Origin: Mustelus asterias | Taxonomy: Eukaryota | Reading direction: 5' to 3' | Assembly (NCBI RefSeq): GCF_964213995.1 | Contig: NC_135801.1 | Span: forward strand, 71,982,001 to 72,046,000 | DNA: 64,000 nt | Shown: piece by piece, positions 51,760-63,919 of the stretch | Layout of the letters: each line of letters opens with the position of its first letter | Position numbering within the stretch: the stretch's first letter is position 1 | Made by a program: the position numbers and the translations under genes | Notes under the pieces: model-generated | What the model saw: the letters and a program-made list of their open reading frames with translations, nothing else | Databases searched by the model: none | Told to the model about the DNA's origin: nothing

Positions 51760-53030
51760 TGGGTTCCAGGCCATTACCACTCACTGTGTAAAAAAGGATC
51801 TTCCTTACATTCCCCAAATCTCCTGCCCAGGATCTTAAATCTGTGTCCCCTAGCCCTTGTACCATCCGCTGGTGGCAACATCTTGTCTTTGTCCACCTTT
51901 GTCCACCAGGGCACCACGGTAGCACAGTGGTTAGCACTGCTGCTTCACAGCTCCAGTGACCTGGGTTCGATTCTCGGCTTGGGTCACTGTCTGTGTGGAG
52001 TTTGCACATTCTCCTCGTGACTGTGTGGGTTTCCTCTGGGTGCTCCGGTTTCCACAAAGATGTGTGGGTTAGGTCGATTGGCCATGCTAAAATTGCCCCT
52101 TAGTGTCCTGAGATGCATAGGTTAGAGGAATTAGCGGGTAAATATGTGGGGATGTGGGGGTAGGGCCTAGGTGGGATTGTGGTCGGTGCAGACTCAATGG
52201 GCCCAATGGCCTGTAGGGTTTCTATGATTCTTATCTAAGCCTGTCATAATCTTGTACAACTCTATCAGATCTCACTCTCAATCTCATTTGCTCTAAGGAG
52301 AACAACCCCAGCTTGTCCAAATTAATCTGGCAGTTAAATCCTCTTATCCCTGGAACCATTTTGATGCATCTCCTCTGTACCCTCTCAAGGACCTTCACAA
52401 GGAGGGCCGATGAGGGTAGTAGTTGATGTAGCCTCACATGGATTTTAGTAAGGCTTTTGATGTGATCCAGAATGGCACATTGGTCAGAAAAATTAAAAGA
52501 TCACGGGGTCCAAGGGAAAGTTGCAAGTTGGATCCAAAATTAGCTCAGTGGTAGGAAACAAATGTTCATGGTCAGTGGATGTCTTTATGACTGAAACCAG
52601 TTTGTAGTGGGCTTTTGCAGGATTCACCCTCATCTTCCTGCAGAATGCTGCCCAAATTGAATGCAATATCTAATTGTTGCCTAATCAGAGTTGTATTATT
52701 TTCAGAGTACCTTCCCTGCTTTAGTACTCAATATATGTATTTTAAAATTTAAGATCCCATTTTCTCTGCTAACGTATTTCTCAATATATCCTTCCACCTT
52801 CAAAGATCAATGCACATGAACTTCCAGGTCCCTCTATCCCAGGCCATTTGTGACTTTAATCTGTATTGCCTCTCCTTATCTCTTCATCAAAAATGCATCA
52901 TCTCATACTTCTCTACATTCAAATCCATCTGCCAGTTCTACAGGCCTCTCTATGTTCTGATACAGTTAATTGGTATCATCCTCACTGTTCGCCACACCTC
53001 CAAGTTTGGTAGAATCAACAACTTTATGTT
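51760..53030 (-). mobile_element. Old CR1 fragments, including a plus-strand piece at ~52400-52620
   Basis: ORF 52231..52437 (LERVQRR..LGLFSLEQ); the plus-strand piece reads MDFSKAFD. Confidence 0.7.
51909..52230 (+). mobile_element. HE1-type V-SINE nested in an old CR1
   Basis: Full-length copy. Confidence 0.9.
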
Positions 53031-53477
53031 ATTGACATTCAGAGTGCCTGGCACACTCGGTTTAATCCTGAGCAGCAGTCCTCCTTCAAAACTGAGCCAG
53101 ACAGGCCTGGTACTCTGAACACAGATTATTGAAATTGCCACAGTTTTAAGGTATATGGAAATCTGTTAGGCTCTTTCGTGAACATCATTCTCAATTTTAA
53201 TACCAGGAACTAACAATCTATCAAAAGTAAGGGCCGAATAGTGGAGGTCAAAAAAGAAGCAAATGGGAATAATCATTTATGCTATTGGCTGACTTGGGCA
53301 GATGATTTTAACCTGCCAGGATGGGTGTGTATTGATGCATATGTGATGACTAAAAGAGCAAGAATTGCCAGTGTGTTGGGAAGTCAGCAGAAATCTGCTG
53401 ACTTTCACATTTAACTCAAGCACAATTGCTTGTGTGTGAAAAACCTTGTGGGGTAAGCAGATTTGCTAATAACACAT

Positions 53478-53737
53478 TGTGGTAACATGGCCCCTTTAAG
53501 GGGGTGATCCTTTGGGGGCCATGTGGTCAGGCTGGACCCTATTTAGAGGCTGCAAGGGATGCTGAGCCAATCAGGAGCAAGGGCCCTCTTTTCTGGGAAC
53601 CTTAGGTTGGAACCAGGGAGGAGAAGAGAGTAGATTTGTGTATTAGTTCTGTTAGACTCTTATCTTGTATAAATGTTACATTGATAATAAACCGTTCATT
53701 ATTGAAGCCACAATGAGTGGCCTTCGACTTTACTACA
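53478..53737 (+). mobile_element. Probable short solo LTR
   Basis: TGTGGTA..TACTACA termini (6/7 inverted), CCAAT and AATAAA motifs; TSD ambiguous. Confidence 0.5.
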
Positions 53738-55199
53738 CATGTGCTAAAAGCAATTGTACGAGCTAATTCCTAGACCCTGTTTTTTCACGGTAAGTGGATG
53801 AGTTTCCCGAACTCGTCAGGTTGAACAAGGGGAGAGGACAATGTATAGATCAGGCTGAGCAAGTGGCAGGTTAGAAAGACTGTAAATACTAAAATATGTT
53901 CGCTGCCTCTTACCTGTGAAGACCTTGTTCTGGGAGTGCTTTCATTGCTTTGAAGGTGATTTCCAATGGGTTTAAGGTCATTCCTGTAAGGCAGGATTTT
54001 TTGTCCTTGATATGCACTTCCAGGTATCAATCCTCTCTGCAGTATGGGAGCTGCTTATGCAGCTTTACCTCGGATCTCACAAGAGGAATAGAATGAACAG
54101 CAGCAGTAGGAGCAGCCTATACCTCGACCACCTGCCATTCCATCGGACAGAGAGAATGAGCACAGAGCTCCAGCTTGATTGAAGAGGGGATATCCCCAAT
54201 GCAGGGTATCCAGTCAGAGGATTAGTGCCCTGGACATTAATGAGCAGCAATGCCTCACAGTTTCACTTCAGGTCATTGCTGTCTCCTCAAAGAAAACCTC
54301 CTTCCAAGTGGACCAGGCGGATAAACATTGCCAATGGCAGTCAGTCACCCCAGTCCTGATTTGTTTCACTTCCAACTCCTCCCAGTGATGTGTTGGTGAC
54401 ATTTATAGAATCTCACAGTCTGCTGCACACAAGTGCATCTCGCAGGTGACAAATGCCATGTCTTCCAGAGCTGCCACCTGTATCCATTGTGCACCTGATG
54501 AAGCCAGTCAGAAGAAGAGCACTCTTGGGTTTGCAGCTCTTGCTGGATTCCCACAGATACAGGCAATTATAAATTGCCTATATAAGGTAACCAATGCACC
54601 CTCAGATCAACCAGAAAGCTTCATCAACCTTCCACAGCATCAATATTCAGCTGGTCTGCAACTACTGAAAAATTATTATACATATCTATGCAAGAATGCA
54701 AGATATCAAGAAATCTGCCACGACGCCTTTATACTGCACCGGTCAAGTCTCCCACAGATATTCACATGTCCAAGTGGAGGGTTGCTTTGCAGTCAAGGGC
54801 TAACCTTTAGAGATGTGGTTGTTGGCACCTGTGAGGAAACTATCAGACCCAATAGAGGCATGTCCCATCCGTAACCTTTAAAACAAGAGCTGTAATTCGT
54901 TGGGGATATTCGGTAACTAACTTTCGTCTTAAAATTGATACTAGTGTGCTGCAAAAGATGGCTGACAAGGGGTCACCTAACTCTTGACCTGTGGTGTCCA
55001 AAAAGGTGTCACACTGGCTCTAAAGGATAAAGGGAGCTTCCTGATTAAAGACAAGTCAATGTACACATCCTGAGACCACCCAAACTGCATTCCTGACTTA
55101 AATGGGTCATTCTAGAATCCAGACAATGATTGTCTCAAACCCCAAGGTGGATGTCTGTACACAAAGACCCAGGTTGTGGTTAATTAACTTAAGCTCAAC

Positions 55200-55508
55200 T
55201 TCTCGGCCTCTTGGCTAAGATCAGGTGTAGTATCGACATGCTGCGCTTGGTTGAAGTCATTAGGTTACATTTTAGCTTCATTTGAAGCAATTTTTAAAAG
55301 CGGCATCTCGGCTTTTTGGCTAAGATGCAAATGAGATCAAGCCTTGGAGGAGGAGCTATGCCTACTCCAATCAGCTTGGATCATGTAGATCAAGCCCAAG
55401 ACAGGAGGTGAGAGCCCTGTCTTGTCAGCTTGGATCAGGAATGTCTCAACTTGTTGAGACTCTGAATTGGACTTGATTTGATTGAATTGGAATAAAAATA
55501 CACAAAAA
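55200..55508 (+). mobile_element. U2 snRNA-headed retroposon (SINEU-like)
   Basis: U2 nt 5-40 at 55199-55234 and U2 nt 7-27 at 55306-55326; 3' hairpin; A-rich tail; 11-bp TSD TTAAGCTCAAC. Confidence 0.8.
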
Positions 55509-55552
55509 TTAAGCTCAACACCAAATTTGTGAGGGAGCTATGAAGGACCACG

Positions 55553-55845
55553 TACACGGTGGCACAGTGGTTAGCACTGCTGCCTCACAGTGCCAGGGAC
55601 TCAGGTTCAATTCCCAGCTTGGGTCACTGTGTGGAGGCTGCATGTTCTCCTCGTGTCTGTGTGGGTTTCCTCCGGGTGCTCTGGTTTCCTCCCACAGTCC
55701 AACGATGTGTAGGTTAGGTGAATTGGCCATACTAAATTCTCTCTCAGTGTGCCCAAACTGGAGTGTGGCGACTATGGGATTTTCACAGTAAGTTCAGTGC
55801 AGTGTGAATGTAAGCCTACTTGTGACACTAATAAATAAACTTTAA
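55553..55845 (+). mobile_element. Alternative-tail V-SINE
   Basis: Head, V-domain and tail ending CTTGTGACACTAATAAATAAACTTT. Confidence 0.88.
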
Positions 55846-55959
55846 AGCTTTAGTGAGGCAGTTGTCTTGATCTCCCATTTAGAAAAGTCCTGAAGGGATG
55901 GCTGCAAGAATTACACAGAACAACTGCAGAAACAGCAGCAGCAGAAAAGGCAGCAACAA

Positions 55960-56286
55960 GGGGTGGCACGGTGGCACAGTGGTTAGCACTGCTGCCTCAC
56001 AGCGCCAGGGACCCAGGTTCAATTCCAGCCTCAGGTGACTGTCTGTGTGGAGCTTGTATGTTCTCCCCGTGTCTGCGTGGGTTTTCTCTGGGTGCTCTGG
56101 TTTCCTCCCACAGTCCAAAGATGTGCAGGTTAGGTTGGTTGGCCATGCTAAATCGTCCCTCGGTGTCAGGGGAACTCACAATGTAAATATGTGGGGTTAA
56201 AGTGATAGGGCCTGGGTGGGATAGTTGCCAGTGTGCAGACCTGATGGGCCGAATGGTCTCCTTCTGCACTGTAGGAATTCTATGAT
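55960..56286 (+). mobile_element. HE1-type V-SINE
   Basis: Full-length copy. Confidence 0.9.
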
Positions 56287-57645
56287 CCTACTTATACCTT
56301 CAGACCTGGAGACTGCAACATTGCAACATCTCCAAACCTGTTCCTTTATTAAATCCACCATATACAGAAAACAACATCCCGATAGTGGGAGTACAAAGTA
56401 ATTAAACTTTGTGCCTGCTGAAAATCCATCTTTTCAAAGGAATCCTGCAGCAATTCTGAGATATGACTCATGAACTACAAACTGTTCTTTTGTTTATAAA
56501 TGTAAAAGTATATTATCCTCTCAAACTCTATTGTGTGTGTACGCATCTGTGTTGCTGACTGAGTGAACTAGCGATAGATTTTCAGTTTGGAAGTGTGAAT
56601 AAATAACCCCCTTTATTTAAAAAGATGAAAACTTGCTGCTGGCAATTTAAATTGACTGTATATTCAGGAGTTAAGAAACATATACATCTTCCTTTGTGAA
56701 AACACACTGATTAAGGACAGTCATGAAAGAAAATAGGGGTTTCAATTCTCTCTCATCCTTGTCTGTAAAAAACACTAATTGACTTGCAGGAAAGAGACAA
56801 GCCTCATGCCCACAAAAGCAAGCCATGGGGATGGTGATTCAGATGCCTGAACAACATTGACAGCATCCTTTAGTATGTACCAGCCAGCGTTCCCAGAATG
56901 ATAGTGCACAGCATGTCGCAGCAGTGAGGGCTGGAGTTGTGGGAGCAAGTAGGTGATGTCCGCTGTATATCTTCAGAGGAGGAGGAGCAACAGGAGGAGC
57001 TGAGCGATAAGTCTGATTTAGCCAAGGTTTGTCTCAACCTTTCAGTTAGCTGCTCGGGAGTGCCTGGGATGGACTCATTTGTACACACTTCAGCCAATCT
57101 GAAGCAATGCAGCCATCTGACACACCAGTGCTGAATCCATTGCACCACTCTCCTCCCCACCTCCCACCAGCCCCAATTCCCCATTTTGTGTCAGCACAAA
57201 ACAGTCCCACAGTCAACAGCCAATCCCTGTCACTGACACCCGTTACTCGTCTTCCATTCTGGCCATACCATTTTCCTCATGGCTGAAATCCACTCGGCAG
57301 GTGGAAGGCAACAATGGGGAGGACAAACAACAACTTGAATTAATGTAGTGTTTGTATTGGACAGGACAATGGAGCTTTGAAATAAAGGTCATGGTTTGTA
57401 AACATTGAACATAAAAGTGACAATTTAACAGGTGAAAAAAAAGGGGTCAATTTTGACTTGAGTAGAAATGAAAATTGGGTGAGGTATAAAACAGGTAGCT
57501 GACCCACTACCCTCCAATTCCCAGCAGGGGAACAATTAAAAACAACTTTGAAGGTGTTCTCAATGAAACAGAGAAGGGCTACTGGAGAATCTGATAGGAG
57601 TGCCTGAAGCTTTCAAAGGCTTGAGAGAATAAATGGTGAAATATT

Positions 57646-58696
57646 GGGGGTGATTCTTCCAAAAGTGCTGAATTGGTGGGAAGACTATTCTCGATCACGA
57701 CTGTTTTTTCAGTGCAGCTTCAGACCTGAATCTCTGCACTCTGTGCATTGCAGAGGTCACAGTCGTGAATCTCATTAAAAACCCAGGGGGGCGGGGCCTA
57801 TTCGCACCGGAGTCTGACAGCGTCGGAATTCTGCGCATGCGCAGTGACCCTGATCTGTCAGTCTCCCCATTTGCTGGCCAGCTCAATCGGTGGCCAGCCC
57901 GGGACCTCCGCGGTGTTGCCTCTCCAATCCCCCCCACAGCCCGCTCGCAGCCCCCACAACAATTCCTGGGCCAACCCTGACTCTCCCCCCACCCTGCCCC
58001 GGAGCGTCCCAATGTCCAGCCCCCCACACCCAGCAGTGGTGATCCCCCCACCCCCTTCACCCCGGCAGATCCCCCCCGGGAGGCAGGCCCAACCCCCGGC
58101 AGACCACACCCTCCCCCCAGCCTGCCCCGATCGCTGGCCTCCGTCCAGCCCAGACCGATCCCTACGCAGAGTGGCAGCAGGACCCTCCACCCCCACTGAT
58201 CACCCCTAGGCCTCGCTCACAGTAGGTCCCCCCTCTTTGGCACTGCCCGATGCCCGGTGGGCAGTGCCCAGGTGCCCCCTGGGCATTGGCACTTTGCCCT
58301 TTGGGCAGTGCTAGGGGGCACAGGCTGGCACTGCCAGGGTGCCCATGCCTAGGGGGCATCAACCTCCACTGCCCGACCCCTTGAGGGGCCCCGATTGCCC
58401 CCCCCTTCACCCCGCCGGAATGAAGTACTCCTGGCAGGGTGGGAGATTCTATCGGGACCGGCAAGTTCCCAATAATAAAATGCAAAACATAGTTAAACTA
58501 TATTAAAAAAAGATTCAAATCACTTACCTGTCTTCCCGCTGGTTTCCAGCATGGTCTGGTCTCAGACTATTCTCTGGCTCTGGGAGATGCGCATGCGTTC
58601 CCAGCACATGCGCAAATCCCGGAAAAAGGCCGATGACGCGTATCTCCCAGCCCAACCCGCCAGAAAAGTTGCGGTCGCGATGAGAGAATCGCGCCC
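57646..58696. mobile_element. GC-rich non-autonomous DNA transposon (PIF/Harbinger-type)
   Basis: TIRs GGGGGTGATTCT / AGAATCGCGCCC; TSD ATT at 57643-57645 and 58697-58699; internal similarity to 45545-47098. Confidence 0.8.
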
Positions 58697-59182
58697 ATTG
58701 TTTCCAATGGTTGTTGACTTGGTTCCAAGGGGACACAATGTAAGATTAATCTTCGAAGCACAAACAGGAGCTTCGAAGAATTTTAATACTATTTGTTATT
58801 AAATATAATTGTTAGTGGAATATAGGCTTTTATGCTTTTTTTTACTGATAAGAACAGATTTTAAAATTTTTTTAATTTTTACTCCATCCTTAAAGTTACA
58901 AACCCACTGCTCAGGCAAACCCAAATCCATTCCTTCCTTGCTCCAAAAACAAAACTCAAAACCTAATTGAATCCAATTCAAGGTCCCCTCGAGAGAGACA
59001 AACAAGATCCAAGCTGACAGGATGAGGCATTGCACCCCATCTTGAGCTTGATCTAACACTTGATCTTAACCAAAAGGCTGTCAATTGTGGCATTTAAGAG
59101 GATTGGATAAAAACTATAATAATATTAAAATGCACAGGGAAAAGCAGGAAAGTGGGATTGTAATAGATAGATAACTCTCTCT

Positions 59183-59492
59183 TGGTGGCACGGTGGCACA
59201 GTGGTTAGCACTGCTGCCTCACAGCGCCAGAGACCCAGGTTCAATTCCCGGCTTGGGTCACTGACTGTGTAGAGTTTGCACATTCTCTCCGTGTCTGTGT
59301 GGGTTTCCTCCCACAGTCCAAAAATGTGCAGGTTAGGTGGATTGGCCATGCTAAATTGCCCCTTAGTGTTTGGGGGGATTAGCAGTGTAAATATGTGGGA
59401 TTTCGGAAATAGGGCCTGGGTGGGATTGTTGTCGGTGCAGACTCGATGGGCTGAATGGTCTCCCACTGCACTGTAGGATTCTATGGTTCTAT
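59183..59492 (+). mobile_element. HE1-type V-SINE
   Basis: Full length, with a small V-domain deletion. Confidence 0.9.
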
Positions 59493-59879
59493 ATAGGGCT
59501 ATCAATCGGTTAAGTATAATATCTATAAGGCCTTCTTTTGTACTGAAATTCCTGATTCTGTGATTTTAATTTATGATGATCCTAAGTATATCATTTACTT
59601 TGATCATGGTTAGAAGGTTCTTAAATAATTCATACAACAAATGAGAATCCATTCTCACAGTTCATCTCTTGTTGCAAATTGCAGAGCTTCTCTCAATTCC
59701 ATTTTTACATTTTTCTTTAAATACTGGAGCTAAGGTCATGTCACACTCAGTCTCATCGTGCATACTGTATTCACTGCTCACAATACCATCTCCTCTATCC
59801 TGGGAAGAACAAACACAGACTGGCTGATTGCTTTGTGGAACACTCCAATCAGTCTGTGACCTTCCAGTCACTTCCCAGT

Positions 59880-60330
59880 TAAACTTACCATCTTGCTCTC
59901 ATGCTCACATTTCTGTCATTGGCCTGCTATAATGTTCTAGTGAAGCCCAATGCCAGCTGGAGGAACAGCACCTCATCCTCCAGTTAGGTACTCCAAAGCC
60001 TTCTGGACTCAACAGCAAGATCAGCAACATCACACCACAAACCCTCTCTTCCACTTTGATTTTTTTCTCTCAAGTACCAGTTTGTATCTTCTTTAATCAG
60101 ACCAAAATACTGTGGATGCTGAAATAAAAACAGAAAATATATCTTCTTTTCATGTTTTTGCTTTTAATAAAGCTGGCCTTTATTCTGTTATTGACACCTA
60201 CTCTGGACCTATGCTTTATTTCTTTATTGCCACTCCCTTTGCCTTTTGTTCCATAACATATTTGGTTTTTAATCTCCCCCAACCTCTAACCTATCCATGA
60301 TCTTTCCTTTATTCCAACCTTGCCCCTTTC
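59880..60330 (+). mobile_element. Old PLE family 3' remnant
   Basis: TTGCTCTCATGCTCACATTTCTGTC..CAGCTGGAGGAACAGCACCTCATC is homologous to 940-1030 on the minus strand. Confidence 0.65.
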
Positions 60331-62114
60331 CAGTCAAAACAATTTAAATATTATTAAAAGGCTCAATGCTGTATCATCCAGCCTTGTGGAATGTTCTTCC
60401 CCAGCAGTGTGACATCATGCTGATGCGATTCTCTACCAGTCGAGATGACCATGCTGGGGGTTGCTTGGCGCTCCCAGGGTTTGAGGGCTAAGGCTGGGCA
60501 GTGCCAGGGGCACTGAAGTGGGGAAATGAAGTGGGCACACTGAAGTGGTGGTTAGCAAACATATATCTTATGTGCAACAAAGCAGCCAATTCAATTTTAC
60601 TCTTGGATCCCCACTAACCAATGGACAAAATAGGTTGTCATGGAGTGGTGGGGGCGGGTGGGAGTCGGGGGGGGGGGGTCCACTTATATTGTGTTGGGTG
60701 GTGAGAGTGCTCCCCCCCAACATCTGTGGTGGGGAGAGGTCACCCCAAAGCTTGTGGTGGGGTGTCCACCCTGGCCATGGGGAGTTGGAAGGAGTCTATG
60801 ATTTTAGCAGATCAGGGTGTCCTTTAAAAAGACATTCTCTGTTCTTTTTTTTTGTACCTCATTTATAACTTGTGACACTAGCTGCTCTTTCTCAAAGGAA
60901 TGAGACTTGGTCAGCTTATCTGTAGGTTTGTATAGTTTGAGAAGGTCTGCAATCTCCTGATCCAGTAATTTTGTTGCCTGTGGCAAAACTATCCTTTGCT
61001 TGGGTACATTTGATGTTGCTTGTATGCTGAATTCAGTGCACTCACAATGTTTCATTCAAGAGTGTTTACAATGGACAAACAGAAAAATGAACATTATGCC
61101 CAAGTGGAATTAATGGTGGGATTTTGTCTTTATGCTTGCAGTTTTGCCGCACATCAGTGTGAGCTTGCTGTTCAGTAGGGCTCATACCTTCCTCAGAGTG
61201 ACAGTCTGGGTATGTGTGCAGGGTGTGTGAGACTGCGTCTGGGTGTTTAGACAGTTACTCTGGAGTTAGAAGTGTGTTTTTCCTTTTAAGAGCAACTATC
61301 AGGGTAAAACTGACAGAACCATCTGAAGTTAGCAATTTAAATTATTTCTGAAAGATGGTTCCCAGCCCAGCAAAATTGTCCAGATGAAGTTAGCAATTCT
61401 GGGCAATTGTTGGGTAAACCTTTACGTGGGATTCCCCAGCGCATCGATGGGGTACCCCCAAAATGCGATGCTGGGGAACCAGGACATTATGGGCCTAGAT
61501 CTTGAAAGTATCAGTAGTCATGGCAACATCTGGAATAGAGCTGAATGGCACCTCAGGATCTATGACTATATCATGTTTTACTGGGTCAGGTTGTTGTTCT
61601 GTTGTCTCTGCTAGATCCACTTCCTTGTACATCTATAATGTGTGTTGGATCAGTAGCCAGACAATCAGTCAGCAGCTTCAGAACTTACTCTTCAGCCTTG
61701 ACACCGGAGTTTGGGGAGTCAGCTTTGTGTTCTGCACTTCTTTCACTCGGCATTGTTGGAGCTCCTGTTCCCGTTTTCCCTTTGTGAAAATCAGTGCCTG
61801 CATCAGGTTGTCCTCCATCATTGGTGTCCTTACAGTTGCGGCATCCAACTTTAAAATGACCCTGCATCCTGCATGCATGACACTCTGTGTGTATGAAGGG
61901 ACATTTTTCAAGCCTATGGATTTTATTTAGCATCACTTGGGAGCGCTGGATAATAACAGTGACTGCCCTTCTTTCATTCTGGATCTGATGTTTATTCAGT
62001 GCGCTGACACTTCCATTGTTCACAAACTGGACCGATCAGGCTGTCTGACTCCACAATCTATCATCCCAAACCAAAAATCGGCTCTGCCTTCACAGCTGTC
62101 ATTGACTGAACTGT

Positions 62115-62447
62115 CCTGGAGGCAGTGGCATAGTGCTATTGTCACTGGACTAGTAATCCAGAGACCCGGGTTCGAATCCCACTATGGCAGGTGGTGAAAT
62201 TTGAATTCAATAAAAATCTGGAATTAAGTGAAACCATTGTTGTAAAAAGCCACCTGGTTCACTGATGTACTTTAGGAAAGGAAATCCGGTCTGGCCTACA
62301 TGTGACTCCAGGTCCACAGCAGTGTGGTTGACTCTGAACTGCCCCTGAAATAGCCTAGCAAGCCACTCAGTTCAAGGGCAATTAGGGATGGGTAATAAAC
62401 GTTGGCCCAGTTGGCAACACCAACATCTCCTAAATGAATAAAAAAAC
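62115..62447 (+). mobile_element. tRNA-derived SINE, family 3
   Basis: A/B boxes (GGTTCGAATCCC); body and tail as at 22930. Confidence 0.87.
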
Positions 62448-62496
62448 AATGGTGGAACGGTCCCCATTATCTAATCCAGTTTCTAACATTATAGAG

Positions 62497-62951
62497 GGTG
62501 ACATGGTGGCACAGTGGTTAGCTCTGCTGCCTCACACTGCCAGGAATCGATTCTGGCCTTGGGTAACTGTCTGTGTGGAATTTGTACATTCTCCATGTGT
62601 CTGCGTGGGTTTCCTCCGGGTGCTCCAGTTTCCTCCCACAGTCCAAAGATATGCAAGTTAGGTGGATTGGCTATGCTAAATTGCCCCTTGGTGTCCTAAG
62701 ATATGTAGGTTATGCAGGCAATGTGGTTGACTCTCAACTGCCCTCTGGCAACTAGGAATGGGCAATAAATGCTGGCCAGCCAGCAATGCCCATGTCCCAC
62801 AAATGAATATTAAAAAATGGTGGATTAACCATGGTAAATATGCAGGGTCTCGGGATAGGGTGGAGGGCAGGGCCTGGGTGTGATGCTCTTTCGGAGAGTC
62901 GGTGCAGACTTGATGGGCCAAATGGCCTCTTTCTACACTGTAGGGATTCTA
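62497..62951 (+). mobile_element. HE1-type V-SINE with a nested family-3 SINE tail (62718-62817)
   Basis: HE1 sequence resumes at GGTGGATTAACCATGG. Confidence 0.85.
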
Positions 62952-63386
62952 AGGATAATGTTAGCTATTCGCTGGACTGTAGAAAGTCAGGTGAATCTTC
63001 ATTAAGGACAATCCTCCAAAGGCCAATATATGAATTGAATGCATTAATAACCTATTCATAAGTTGCTGTGCCCTCATTAACACCCTATCTTTATAGAATA
63101 TCATCTGCACTGCTGCCAACGAAACATAAGAGTGTCCTAACCTATTCTTTTACAGGCTTCTGTGCCACCTCTGAGGCGGTCCTTTACCTGTTGAATCTGC
63201 GATACCAGTTTTTCACGTCTGTTACTTGGTTGGATTGTAGTCAAAGCAGTTGGATAGAGGGAAGGCTTTATCCATGGCTACCTGTTATTATAGTTTACTG
63301 CCTTGACACTCTATTGGCACTGTTCTTTTTGATTCCTTGCTGCAGTCATTCCTTCGCTGCTGTATACATGATGGTTTTTCCATTCC

Positions 63387-63610
63387 TGATGTGGAGATGC
63401 CGGTGTTAGACTGGGGTAAACACAGTAAGAAGTCTCACAACACCAGGTTAAAGTACAACAGGTTTATTTGGTAGCACAAGCCACTAACTTTCGGAGCGCT
63501 GCCCCTTCATCAGGTGAGTGGGAGTCTAGCAGTGCTCCGAACGTTAGTGGCTTGTGCTACCAAATAAACCTGTTGGACTTTAACCTGGTGTTGTGAGACT
63601 TCTTACTGTG
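63387..63610. mobile_element. Palindromic mini-PLE (two inverted pLTR arms)
   Basis: TSD TTTTCCATTCCTG at 63376-63388 and 63611-63623; hammerhead core at ~63481-63522 (-). Confidence 0.9.
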
Positions 63611-63919
63611 TTTTCCATTCCTGCCATAGTCTGTTTCATTGAGGATCCTTGCCATTGGGTTAGTTAACCGTTGCAATCATAATATCAGAAACAGGCCCAA
63701 AGACTACAGGAAACAAGGTATCCTGAAACATCCAACTATTTACAATGTACAGGGACAGATAAGCATCATATTCCTTCTAGAGGTATCTCTCTCTGAGATC
63801 TACGGACACATGATCTGACATAATTGATAATGTATATAAGCTGTTAGCATAATAGCTATAAACCCTTTATACTGCACAGAGGAGCTGGCTCTCAGTGGCC
63901 ACCACCTCTTCTTGATGTA

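Larger units (their letters stand above)
54891..56770 (+). mobile_element. Probable solo LTR with three nested retroposons
   Basis: Interrupts the transposase; TGTAA start; AATAAA near 56598; 3' end degenerate. Confidence 0.4.
54170..57130 (+). pseudogene. Fossil PIF/Harbinger (HARBI1-like) DDE transposase, split by insertions at ~54890-56770
   Basis: GYPQCRV..QRISALDINEQQCL, GDIYRISQSAAHKCISQVTNAM, GFAALAGFPQIQAIINC, CHDAFIL; C-terminal QAMGM..FRCL and acidic tail after 56790. Confidence 0.75.

Noticed and set aside
55199-55234. Functional U2 snRNA gene
   Set aside because: Only nt 5-40 are present, there is no Sm site or 3' stem-loops, and it lies inside a TSD-flanked insertion.
61500-62100. 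ORFs 61502 and 61678 as a host gene or gag fragment
   Set aside because: No recognisable motif; possibly a decayed LTR-element interior, but this cannot be supported.
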